DNA of 57,647 nucleotides, filler included, from Basidiobolus ranarum (Eukaryota): NCBI GenBank assembly GCA_040143965.1. It is 6 parts of 6 records of this genome, joined end to end, with 100 filler letters (N's around TTAATTAATTAA, not from the genome) between each part and the next. Parts side by side here need not be neighbours in the genome. Positions count along the whole stretch, not along the records: positions 9,645 to 19,174 come from JASJQH010000812.1; positions 19,275 to 28,800 come from JASJQH010000813.1; 4 more parts are not named here. One strand, 5' to 3'. Shown piece by piece: positions 11,735 to 24,900 of this stretch (position 1 is its first letter; each line of letters starts with the position of its first letter). The notes under the pieces were generated by a model. It saw only the letters and a program-made list of their open reading frames with translations, ran no database searches and was not told where the DNA came from. The position numbers and the translations under genes were made by a program.

Positions 11735-12236
11735 CTTCGTTTGATATACGTTAACTATCACTTATTGTATACTTTCGAACTTGTCAGTTAGTTCAAGTCA
11801 TCAAATATTGAACATTCATTTACTTTGTAAATCCGGAACTTTTTTTTTAGATATACCGCAGAAACTTATGAACCAATCAATAGATTTAACCAAATTCTGA
11901 ACTGTCGAATACCTTTTTTTTTTCTTTCATTTTTATTTAATCCAACAATCTGGTTATATTTGTCATTCCAAAGTAAAAATTTCCTAAATGCATATAACTA
12001 CTTTGGTTGCATTCGCTAATGGTTACTCAATCTCCTGCTCAATGGATCTTGAGATATGTAATTTTGGTATTAAAATTTGATACTTTTTTGTCAGCAAATA
12101 TTTAATTTTTGAAGTGTACATTTTTATTAAATGATTTTTGATGACCAAAAGTTAACAAGAAAATGGGTATGATGGGCTTTTACAGTGATGAAGGTGAATG
12201 AAAACAGAAGAGGGAGGAGAGGGGATGTTGTTCAGC

Positions 12237-13890
12237 TTAATTGCCATTAATGATATCCTTTATGGTTCCACCAGTACCAGCGGCGAGAGCAACAATCCCA
12301 AATATGAGGAGAAATGTAACCCCCACATCTTCTAAAAGACTGGTTTTCACCTTAGGTATAGTAGACCTAGCTAATTCGACATCAACGGTGTTTCCACGGA
12401 TCTTCCTTGTTAACTTATACCATGCTCCTTTGCAATCCCAGAATACGCTCATATAAATTAGTGCGGGTATAAGGTAGGAGATGCCCGACGCACAAAGAGC
12501 TAGCCAGTAACATATTACAATTAATACCATGCTCACACTAGTAAATCATGAATAACGGACAAATCAGTTTACCTCCGATCAATTGATATACTTTGCCAAG
12601 GTCTCTTACTGGTAGAGCGATCGCTAACGTTATAAGATACAAGCCAATATTTACAGCAATATGCTGAATTTTGGTAGGAGTTTTTGTTTCGCTTTCTAAA
12701 TTAAGCATGATATTGGTCACCATTCGAGCAGAGTAAAACTAGTTGGAAATGATATGGTTAGTTGAATTCTTTCTTTCTTTCTTTAGATTATCAAAGTTAC
12801 TCACGATGCAGGGATATGTGAGAAACATGGTAATGATTAGACACAAACGACTGATATTGATAGCAACATCGTCTATTGGAAAGTTTTGAAAAACGTTTGC
12901 GTTCACATCATTTCCAAACGAGGCGAAGCCGATGGCAGAGAATACAAGGTAAACGATCGTCGAGCCGCTTACTGCAGAGATAGAGGCAGCTGACCACCGC
13001 TTTTGGGAAGGGTTTTTCAGAGTAGCATAATTCAAGAAGGCCGAATGACTAACAACATAGGCAAAGCTCATCACACCAATGGCTGGAAATACATTATCCC
13101 CGAAAACGGTATATTCAACATGATGACTTCCAGCGTAAGAAGGAGCACGAATGGCCACAATAATGCAGATGATAGGTAAACACGCGATGGAAATTGCTGA
13201 GAATTTGGCCAAAGGTGCCAGGGTCCTGAAGAAGAGCAATGGAAAAATAAAAAGTAAAGAGGACATGACGATGCCAAAGATTCGGTTCTGCAGAACACCA
13301 AATCCAGGAACATATTGTTCAGCGAGCGAAGGTAGTGTATCACCAATAACTTGATAGAATCAAATAATGTATGATTAGCTACCAACATTTGGGAAATATT
13401 AAAGACAAATCAAATCACTTACTAATTAGATAACTGACAGCGATACCCAGTCCGTTGAATAAGATGAAAATGTTCAGCGCAAACGAGCCAAATTTTCCCA
13501 AAGAGCTGTTAGCCAGCATCGAATAGTGATGAATGCCTGTTTGTCTACCACTCTTGACAAGTATTCTCATAGAGAAATCTGTCAATACGCCAACAAAGGC
13601 TAAGACTATCAACCCAGTGACAAAACCAGCTTGCTTCACAGCAAAGGGTAAGCCCAGTATTCCAGACCCAATGATTGTGTTTAGGATGTTAAAGGCGACT
13701 AACAAACTTGGGATTAGCACAACAATTCAAAGCAATAAATCCTCGAATACATACCTCCGGCCACACTGACAGAGCCCTCTTCAGAAGATTGTTGCGTGGT
13801 TTCGATCTCTGACTTGACATCCTTGGATAGATGTCCAAGAGGTACCCCTTGTAAAGTATTCTCGTCGTTGTCACGCAGGTGTGAAGCCAT
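12237..13890 (-). CDS. Aa_trans/SLC38-family amino-acid transporter (AVT2/SLC38A11-like), multi-exon
   Basis: FNILNTIIGSGILGLPFA; AIGVMSFAYVVSHSAF; FGNDVNANVFQNFP; many TM segments. ATG at 13890 (MASHLRD), stop at 12237. Confidence 0.9.
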
Positions 13891-14769
13891 TTGAAGAATA
13901 TACAACGATTCCTACCTTCGACTATGATTTTATACTTTAACCCGTAATGGGAATCTAAACCTAGAGCGCCAGAATAATTGTGAAAATTGCTAAATTGAGG
14001 ATACTTCAACAAGTGAGCTTGATTTGGGTGTTGATAAGCACTTTAAGTTGACCAATCGGCTTTCACAAGTACACCTTTAAGTTTGGAAATATTTTTTGTC
14101 TTAATTGAAAAGCCTGTAGAATCCGATATTTCCAATTCTCATGGTAAATCAAACATTGGGAATTCGTACCACTGATGCCCAAGTTGGGGATGTATATTAT
14201 TGACAGGAAAGCAGGTCAACTGTATTGAGCTAGCTCTGCTTGATAGTGCTATCTAGTCAACTAAGGTGAAGTAATTATACACCACATTGGTATCGGCTCT
14301 GCATACTCCCTTCCCTTTTTGAGTAATCACCGCAATCTAAAGACCTGTCTCCAAAGATATTCTAATTTTCATGAAGGATTTGGACTTACCACAGATGACT
14401 CATGGTATTCAAGAGCGGCGCCTCCAGCCATTCTTTTGTTTAACTGACACGATGCAGCTTATCGTATATATCGGAGAGACTATGAACGTAGGATATTACC
14501 GCATCTAGAACGTAATTTCCATTCTATTTACAATCACATTATTACGTCTTACGAACTGTTGTCATCAGAACGGAATTATAGCAACTATCTTAGTAAGTAG
14601 CCGCCTGGTTCATTCCTCCAGCAACGAAAAATCCGCTTTCAAACCGATGCATCATATACGTAAGTCGTTCGCGGTAAGACCCGCGACTTCCAAAGCAAAG
14701 ATAAATACTTAAATATTGAGATAGAACTAGTAGGCTATGTGTCTGTCAAGACAACGACTTGCAAACAAC

Positions 14770-16182
14770 TACTATAAGGAGATTTAAGTAATTCTGACAG
14801 CATTACTTCCCACGCTACCCGACGATCAAGGGTTTGGTCAATCATTAAACAAGATGGAGGATTAATGTTACAAACCTCTTATAGTAAGACGCTTGAAAGG
14901 GGCCACTTCATATAGTAAAATCATGGATGACCTTGGAATCCCCCTCTTATAGTAATTGGAGAGAAACCTAAACTGCTCCCTCTTTTAGTAGTGCTAATTC
15001 CAACGACTTGAAAGTTTATTCTCGGTCAACAATAGAGCCTTAAGGTTGGTTTGTACGGCAGACACAAGTGATGGAGTAAGCTCAAATAAGTATGGTCTAT
15101 ATGATCTAACAGGTATCTGTTGGCACTTAATGCTTTACTAGAAGGAACTGAGGTTTCCTGAAACTATTGTTCCCGAATTAAGTGCCATATTATTTCTCCT
15201 TTAATAAAGGCGAGCTGAAATTTCTCTGAAGAATCGATGGAGAGTTAGCTCCCGAGATATTGGTGAGCGATGGATTTGTAAAGCCCTACAAGTCTTAGCG
15301 CTCTAGTAAACATCCATAATAAGAGGCCGGGGGTCTGTGCAACCAAGCACTTTAACTGCCATAAGGGTGTTTAGTGTCGCACCGGGTTCAAATTATCACA
15401 CACCGAAATCCCGACGCCCAAAGGCTGCTACTATAATAGGAGATAAATGGATAGCAAAATCGTATAGAGAAGAAAGTAGAATTTCGGTTAGGATTTGATC
15501 CAAAGCCAAGAGGTAGCTTAACCAGGTGGTTAGTGTTTGTCATTTTCGTATGTAGTGATTCATGGGGAAACTCCTCTAAGAATTTACATATCTGGTGTTA
15601 GAGAGGTCTGAGGACGCATTCAATGTCAACGCACCTCATTTTCTTTGTTACTAATTATCTTGGTAGAACTTGAGCCTCATTGATAACCTTTTATGGCAAG
15701 ACGGCAATGTATTGTTATATTAGTGGGTGCCAAAAATACTGACGTATTAGCTACTCTTCCAGTTAGAATATGTAGAATGTTTGTTTCAAAATTTGCAGTG
15801 GAGAAACGATAATACCCTTCTTTGATAAAGCAACTAAGCAGAGTGCCATTGATGGAATACATTCTACCCATATTTTTAAGCAAACCATTCGAGAATCAGC
15901 ATTCTGGCTGACATAATTAGAAAATAAGCAATACATTGCTGATTGGATAGTGACATATTTCTCGTATTGTGCCTTTAAGCAGCAAAGCACACTCTGCTCA
16001 GACATGGAAGTCCGGTGTATACGATCTGAAATGATACAAGAATGATCATCCGAGATTGATTCTTCATACACATCTTTGCAAATCTAGATATATCGCCTCT
16101 TATAGTAAAAGAATTGTATTCAAGCTATCTCCCCTCTTATAGTAACAGTGTAGTTGATGTTTTGTAGCTGCCTCTTATAGTA
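14770..16182. repeat. Clusters of the 12-bp motif CCTCTTATAGTA around a degenerate pogo/Tigger-like transposase remnant
   Basis: Direct copies at 14875, ~14906 (degenerate), 14943, 14979 (1 mismatch), 16096, 16133 and 16171. Inverted near-copies at 14770, ~15315 and 15429. Minus-strand ANTSVFLAPTNITIHCRLAIKGY (~15690-15760) resembles the DDE_1 motif N-x-V-x-FLPPNTT-x-x-LQP-x-D-x-G. Confidence 0.55.
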
Positions 16183-17220
16183 TAGCGCAACTTACCAGCT
16201 TTTGTACAAATTCTTCTCATGATGATGTCGAATATTCAAGCCACTACTAACCCTCGGCACTCGGCTTAGCCGAAAAATCAATCCTCAATCGCCGATGAAT
16301 CCAGGTGCACCGGAACGGTAAAGTCATCTACCGATGGCCGATTCATGTTTTACATGTTTCATTTGAAACAACTTGTGTCCACATCCTTCAAAAGTTTTCA
16401 GGGAGAGATATGTTGATAGTTGGGATGTAACTTGCATTGTGGCAAAGACATTTCATCTATATGCCACAAGTTCTTATGTCGGATACAGGCGGATTATGAA
16501 ACCATGAATTGAAGAAATTGTAAACTCTGGGTGAGCCATGACTCTAAAGCATAACCAGATAGTTCACATATTTCTCTTAGTACCCGTAAATCATCTCTCA
16601 ATACCCAGGCAGCGTTGGTGGCACAGACTTGTAGTGATTTGATTTGGAGCATTAGCTGTTTGGCTAGTTACATAAATCGATTTTTAGTTGGGCCCGATCC
16701 TAAAAATAAAAGTATATTTCATTTTCAACCTAGGGGAATATGGACCAGAGCTATATGCTAGCCAGGTTCATTGGACTTTTATCTCAAGTTTGGGTGAGTT
16801 GGCACTGAATTATTGCACATTGCATGTCCTTGGCTTGGCATCCAGAGGCATATGAGGTGAATGTTGAATGATTTAATGTTCGCAGCCATCATGACGTTAG
16901 TAGGGAATCGATCTGTTGGAACTGCTATAGTCATGCAAATGAAACCGCAGTTTACGACCTACTTAGAGACTGACCAATGACCATGATCTGCTGTGACCGT
17001 TGTTGAGGGCTCTGTCAGCTAATTGGTATCATTGAATCATACTATAAGATTTGTACATTTGGGATGGGTTATAAAGTACATGTGTGAGGAAGTCTTTTTG
17101 ATCGTCTATTGTAGTTGTAACCAAGTATTATCTCTTAAAATCTGATAGCAATACTAGCCAAAGTGAAAGACGATTCTAGATATACTTTTCTTCACAAATA
17201 CCTGCGCTTAATTCGATAGC

Positions 17221-18841
17221 ATGAGTAGTCACTCACACAAATCTAAAGTCTCTAGTCAACTTGACATTCAACCTTTGTTGGCAAAAGATTCGATTGAGGA
17301 GGAAAACCAACAATTTCCCTCTACAGAGTCAACCCTTCCAAAAAGCGAGTCTCAAACCTCTTTGGATTCCCTGGCTACTGAAAATGCCGAAGATAAATCA
17401 AGTAAATCTAAAAAAAAGAAGAAAAAGAAGAAAAGTAAAAGTTCTCTTCAAGAAGACCATAAAACCGACAAAACACTTCTAAACGAAAAGGAAAAGAAAT
17501 TACTCGTAAACAAGGAAAATAACCGTACTAAAGTTGAGAAAAATTCAACAAAATACCCTGAATATGGTATTATGTTTGTGATTGAAGCAATAGGAACACT
17601 TATCAAGTATGGCTGGGGTAAGTTAATCTTTAGTTCAAAGTAATTTGCTCACAACTAACCTAATTTAACTATTTGTAGATGTATTTATTATCACCTTGAA
17701 TATTCTAAAACCATTTTTAGCACTCTACCTTGTGCTAGTTTTTGTAGTATGGAATATCAATATCGGCACTAGCTCTGTCTATAACCTTGTTGACCATGTG
17801 CATTCTGCAGCTTGCAAATATCCCTTCATGGGCCATATTCTGGATTGTCAGAATGTCGCATATCAAAACAAAATACCCAACTTTTCACAGTTGGTAGAAA
17901 AGCAAGGAATCGTCTATTCGGAGATTCTCACTCAACTAACCAAATCCGATGTACCCCTACCTCTAGAATTGAAAAAAGCTGAACTAGCAGTAACCGATCT
18001 AAAAACCACAGTTCGTTATTCTAGACTAGATAGTACTGAATTGTTAGTTGAACATTTGAATGACTTTCAAGGTACAGCCAAGCAAGTTGGTCGACAAATT
18101 CAGTATTTACAGGCAAAAGCTACTACAGGGTTGGATAAGTTTGTGATACACAACTCGTATCTGTTAAAATATTTAGACAGAATTGATGGTAATCCCTACA
18201 GATCTTGGATGGATTATTTTGGTAAGATTCACCACAGCTTATTCAATGTACTATTCCATTGCTAACAGATTACTTTGCTTTGTTTAGTCCCATCTTTTCT
18301 TGGCCCGAGCAGAGATGAGATCCAAGGGATGTATCGCACTAGTATGGAAACTGCGCGAAGCGATGTTCGAGATCTAATACTATTAGCTCAGGAAACCCTA
18401 GGTGGTCTAGATCAACTAGATTCAATATTGAATGGAGTCTATGAAATATCTACACGCGAGAAAAACTTGCAAATCATTCAAAAAGATGAGCTTTTAGCTG
18501 AACTTTGGTCGATATTAGGTGGAAACAAGGTTCAAAGGAAATTTTTCGAGGAGAATTTATCACTATTGCAACAACTAGACTCGCAGCGACACCTTGCCCT
18601 TAGTCAAGTCCAAGCCATTTTAATGAAGCTCTCGGAGCTTCAAGCAGATTTGGAGGTACTCAAAGAGCAGGTTACCCACCCATTAATCCAGGATATTCCC
18701 TTGCGTGTACATATTCAAACCATTGAAAATCTATTGACCCGTGTAAGAAATCAGCAATTGATACCAACCGCTGCTTCTTCCAGCAATCAAAAATCCCTAC
18801 CTTCTGTAGATCGTTTAGATCCAAAGGCTATCGCTCAGTAA
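17221..18841 (+). CDS. Uncharacterised fungal protein: Lys-rich N-terminus, one TM region, long helical/coiled-coil domain; 3 exons
   Basis: Introns 17618-17678 and 18222-18287 (GT-AG) join three ORFs in frame. Motifs LKKAELAVTDLKTTVRYS and ELLAELWSILGGN. Confidence 0.85.
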
Positions 18842-19174
18842 TTACCATATTTATCTTCTATTTCCGGAATGGAATTTTGTAAATGTATTCCATGATTGTA
18901 AAGTTACCTCAATAAAATTAACCAAACCACCATTTAAAAATCATTTAAAGAGAAGCTTAGCTTGCTTGTTCTCACCCATGATCATCTTGTCATGGCAGTA
19001 GTAACTGCTGAAAGTATCAATCTGCACACTTTGACAGCCAATCGAGTGTTTGTACCACTAGGGAGGTCTCCCTCATTGATTTGACCTTTCTGCATCCTTG
19101 CCAATAGCTTGATTAAGCTATTGGCCAATCAAACGCCACCCAGGCTGGTCAGTAGATGAGCCAGTGGTATTGAT

Positions 19175-19274
19175 NNNNNNNNNNNNNNNNNNNNNNNNNN
19201 NNNNNNNNNNNNNNNNNNTTAATTAATTAANNNNNNNNNNNNNNNNNNNNNNNNNNNNNNNNNNNNNNNNNNNN
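19175..19274. other. Artificial contig linker
   Basis: N44-TTAATTAATTAA-N44. Confidence 0.99.
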
Positions 19275-20945
19275 TACAATCTCATGGTAGGCTAAACAAT
19301 TCATACACGCTGTTGTCATTGATGATCTTTCGCATATAGAAAATTTAGTATCAACGAGTACGATTTTAACTATAAAAACTCTTCTTACAGTGGTTATAAG
19401 AACCGCATGCTCGGCTGGGTTGTAGGAAAGTGTACGAGGAGTGACAAAGTTGCTGGACTTGGCAAATGTAATGGCAGGTGCATCAATGGATTTGGTAAAA
19501 TCGTAAATATGAACTTGATTGTCTTTGACATAGAATAATGAGTTCTGGTGAGTAGAATAAGCAGGACGTTCTCTCTCCAATTTAAATACAATGAAACCGC
19601 TGTCATGACCTGAAATAGATCTTTGTTAGTCAACGTCGGAAGAAGAAATTTACCTGATTTCATAAATACCTGCGGCTAAGAGATTCAATTCAGGATGAGC
19701 ACAGATGATCCAGAAACGGTCATGTTCTCTTCGGAATGTTTGGACTAGGGTACGTTTGGACATATCCCATACACGGATGGACTTATCCTCACCGTTGGAG
19801 ATAAGTAGCTCCTGACGAGGATGGAATACAACACTAGAGACATTATTAAAATGGCCACGGCAAGTGTCTACTTCCCAAGCCTTAGCATCTATTTTAGGGA
19901 TTTATAAAGTTAGATCCATTACGCCCATAGATTGGTTGATTATCTTAAAGCTTATAAACCGTTATATCTCCAAAGTTTTACTTGTCTGTCATCACCACTA
20001 GAGACAATCAATGGAAGATCATTATGGAACGAAACCCAATTAACTCCACGATCATGACCTTCAAGTACAAACTTGACCATCGCATCCGTATTGCCAAAGA
20101 CATCTGGAGGGCCAGCACGGTTCATGGAATTTTCAAAAGAAGAGCTAGGGCCAGCACTCTTTTTGCATAGTCCTAATGAGATGAGGAAAGGTGAGGATTA
20201 AGTTAATTTCTAAATAGAGATTTAGTTGTCCTTAGACTCTACCGGAAATATCCCATATTCTAACAGTCTGATCCAAACTAGCGGAGGCTACTAAATTCTC
20301 TTTTGGGTGGAATTGAGCACACATAACATAATGATTATGTCCCGTAAGTACAGCAATGCAAGCACGTGATTGCCAGTTCCAGATACGAATAGTCTGGTCA
20401 TCTGAAGCACTAATGATCCAAGGGTGCTCGTGGTGGAAAAATACAGTTCTTATATAATCCAAGTGACCAGTAAGGGTAAACATGCAACGTCTTGTTTTCA
20501 AGTTCCATACTTTAATTTTGGCATCATCTCCACCAGATACAAACAATGGCTGGGTTGGGTGAAAAGATACACCACGGACGGGGCCTATTGAATAGATGAA
20601 ATGAGTATAATAAAGTTAGTATACTAATTTTGATTTCATGCTGGTTACAAGTGAGTAGAAAACAATAGTTTCCAACAAAGGTAACGACAAGGCTAACCAT
20701 CATGTTCTTCAAAACTCTCAACTAGAGTTCCCATTCTATAATCCCAAAGCTGGACTGAGCCATTATGAAGAGAAGTGAGAATCCATGGTCGTTTGGGATG
20801 GAAGCCAAGTCCCTTCACGCGATTGCTCTTTGATTCAAACTATGCAAGCACAGGAAATATTGGGATGGAATGTTCTGTTTAGTTATAAATGATTGGAGTT
20901 TAAGTAAAGGTAAGGAAATCTACAAACCTTTGTAAGCATCTGCAT
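19275..20945 (-). CDS. COP1: Coatomer subunit alpha, N-terminal WD40 part; cut by the contig end and possibly pseudogenised (in-frame TGA at 19282-19284)
   Basis: [93 protein letters not shown]. Confidence 0.93.
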
Positions 20946-21912
20946 GTTGGACAAAGATTATAACTAACGACAGAAAAGGCTTTGCTAATAAAAGAATACT
21001 TTGCGTATAGTGATATCCTAAAATATCGGTTCAATGGACCATGATCCAATGGTGCCCTGTATACGATCATTACTTATGATCCAATTGGGTTGAGGTAAAC
21101 GAAGCGTCGTTTTAGTAATTTATGCTTACAATCTAGATTTTCTGGCCCTAATCAATATATGGGATTTCTTTGGTTAAACAATCATTCTGATTAAATCAAT
21201 ATTATGAGGCGATAGCTTCAACGATTCTCTACTTTTCAGAAATATTTGTAGAATTCGCTTAATGAGTGGTTTATGGTGGGTGACGAATTCAGTGGAGTTT
21301 TAAGTATATTGGCAGGATTTCGCATACAGGTTTGGATAGCATGTACGAATATTTAGCATTGCAATCTGCACCGTGACTAAAAATTACTTTTGGCAAGATT
21401 ATTATTATCATATAGTATAGTGCAGTCATAAAGGAATGCTAGCATACCTTTGGGGGTTTATATTGAGACTGTAAAGAGATCCCTAGCAATTGGTATTAAT
21501 CTTGCCTAGGCTAGTAGGCCATACCTTGGTGTTCAGATAAGTAATTGAAATTCATTGATGCTTGTACCATTTGTAGGGTAATTGCTAACACCTTTAATGA
21601 TCCACGGACAAAATTCAATATTCAAGTCTCTAAGACGATTATTCAGAAAGTCGAGTATGAATGGGAAGGGCTACACTTCGAGTTGTATTGAGACTAATAT
21701 GACATTACTGGTTTTGAAAATTGTGAAGACCTCAATAAGCATAAATGCAATTGCAAGTATAATTTAAAATACAAAATGATTTTAGATTTATAAGCATTGA
21801 AGATATTACTATATTATACATGTGTGTATGCGTCGACTAAAATGATATATAATGAGTACTTACGTGTGATATCTAAGAGAGCTTTCTATAGATTCTTTAT
21901 TATTCTACATTG

Positions 21913-24900
21913 ATGAGTAAACGAAACGGTCGCAGGTTTGCATATTATATTTGATTAACTAAGCTCATATGCTGCTTGTTTAATATAAATTAGTCCGAAA
22001 TCTACATCTTCTCAGAATACATGGTCCTATACAATAACAAGATCGTCCTCTTCACGCGCAGCTAATTCCTCACGTCCTGTTACTTCTACCTCAACTAAAT
22101 CAAATAGCAATAGAGAAATATTTATATGCTCAATTATTGAAGGGCGAGGTATTGCTAGCGAGATTGGGATGTGCCTATTCAACTTCAAAACTAGCGAGTG
22201 TTTGATTTCCCAGGTAACATCATTATTTTTCTGCCATCAAATTATTTACTTATCTCCCTATAGTTTGCTGATTCCCAGACCTACGCCAAAGTACTATATA
22301 AATTCAACTTGTACCCTCCTGAAGAGGTTGTTAAGAGGCTATTTACAAAAATCTAATTAACTCTTATACTAACGTTGTAATTTTTTTTGAGATTCTGATG
22401 TCCTCAACCGCTATCGAACCTACCAAGTCAAAACTCTACCATACAATTGAAGAGCACAATAACTACGCAGATATTCTTACAACTGAACGAAAGAACTTCA
22501 ATGATATTTCAGGCAAATATATACAGTAATATTCAAATACAATAGTTATTCATTGCGAATACGACAATGTAGGAATTTCATACATAAAGCAATACAGTCT
22601 TCCAGAAGATACCATCAACTTATTACTATGCGTATCGTCCAAGTTAGTCGCGCTCAAATGCATTTGTATATAATAACATACTTACCATAAACTGATTCTA
22701 GATATTACTGCCTTGCTGCTACTGCTGCATTACTGAAGTACATATATAAATATATATATACAATTTCTATTCTGACATCATCATGACATCTTATTTCTTT
22801 TAGATATATCGAAAATAGTCGTGATATATTTTTTAACCCTCAATCTATCAAATTCAAATATGAGACAAGCGAGAGTTCGTAATTCTGCATACAACAATTT
22901 TCTAATGTTCCAATTCTAATAGCTCATGTTTATGACCTTTACAGAGACTCTGATGATAGGTATTGTCAGTCTTGTAAAGAAATCATCTACAATTAATAAT
23001 TACTAATTTTGTTCAGATGCATTAACCGCCCGCAATCTCGAATTGGTTACCAACATTCTTAATCCAAAAAATAATAATTCATTATATGGTTCATAATTAG
23101 CGTACTGTATAATCAATACAACTATCCTGATATGTTTTTTTGTTTAGGAACGCTCAATCACACGTCGACTCCTATGGGTGGTAAGCATTCAGAACTAGCT
23201 TCGTTTTATTTGTTACTAATCTAGATATAGCCAGGATGCTAAAAATCAACGTTTTACAACCACTCTTTGGTATATTTTTATATAACCAGCAATTAGTGCA
23301 AATATTCAACTAATACTAGTCGAGTTTAGATTCAGCCTCAATAAATATGCGACTGGATGCAGTTGAAGGTAAATATCAACTAGTGGAGTTTGATCATTCG
23401 TGTTACTAATTGTCATAGAATTGATACATAATGAGGTTTTTGCACGAGTTGGTGGTTTTATTCCATGTTCAATGTATAGTAATCAAATATCCTAAAAGGA
23501 AATGTTCTTTGGCATTCAAACTGGTGGGATAAATACTATCAATCAAAGCCAATCAATGAATTTTTGAGATATGTCTAACTTTCTATTTACAGCCCTGAAA
23601 GGCTTCCCAGACGTTGACTTTTTGATTTCATCGGTAATGACGGACTTGTCTTGAGTATGTTAAACATGTTCATTAATTTCTATTATAGATAGTCAAGATC
23701 CCACGAAAGATTAGCACCAGGCATTCTGAACAAGGCATAAGCAACATCCTTCTGCTGAAGCATGTTCTTAAAATGACTAAACCGCTACGGATAGCACTTG
23801 AGCCGGGTATAAATATTTTATTTTCTACGGTTTTAAAGGTAACAATAATTGGCTATTTTGACTGCTATACAATTCAAATAATACATTGCATAGATACTAT
23901 CGGATACCAAGCTTTCTTTTATTGAGGAGCGTATTAATCAAGTGATAAATGAAGATATTTCATACCAGAAAAACACACTAGCCATGCGCAACTTGCGCTG
24001 TTATGCAGTGAAAGTAAGTCATTTTAAGATATTTAATCTAATAATATATTCTGAATCTTGAGAAAGGCTGGCTTTAATGGGCTCCTGGATGTGGGTGAGT
24101 TCTATATCTGATTATTTTTTAGTTTATCTTTAATATTCTCTATCTTCTAGCTAGACAAACCTACAAAGAAGCTACGAATGACGTTTACGAATTAGTTAAT
24201 ACTTATAAAGGTATTGTTGGAATATGTAGTCCAATAACGAAAAGTTAAAAAGTTGACCAAAGGTGCAAGAAAAACATGAGATCGAGTTGAAAATCAATTT
24301 CAGCCATTCCATGGGATTCTTCTTATCAGTTCAGGCAGATCAGTTGCTTGAAAACGAGTTGCCTCATATTTTTATTAATGTGACAAGGAAAAAAAAACTC
24401 CTCGTATTTACTTCTATGGAGCTTGTAAGCGATAGTTGCTTAAGTTACCATGTATTTTTATTAATATCTCTACAGCTCAAGTGGAATGAACGCATTTCAA
24501 ATTCATTAACTGAAGTGTACCTTATGTCAGATAAGTAAGCATTAGAGAATATAAGTCAATAATTGAAGAGTATTCATCAGATCAAATACTAGAATTATTA
24601 CAGAGCTCACAAGCGAAATCTGCACCCATATATCAATCCTATATAAAGTGGCTGAATCCATTGCTCTTGTGGATATGATGATGTCTTTTGCTTTTATGTG
24701 CACAATTTCAAATTATGGTAATATGTGATCTTCGAGCTGAGTTGAGTATCGCTGACTAAATTCCTTTAGTCCGTCCTGAATTTACGGATACACTGGGTAT
24801 AAAAAAAGGAAGACATCCCATTCAAGACTCCATCTCATTAAACGAAACTATCTCGAACGATTGCTACGCCGCTGATGGAAAGAACTTTCAAATCATTACT

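Noticed and set aside
14875..16182. CRISPR array reading of the CCTCTTATAGTA repeats
   Set aside because: Repeats are only 12 bp with 3-4 units per cluster, the context is eukaryotic and no cas genes are present; transposon end motifs explain them better.
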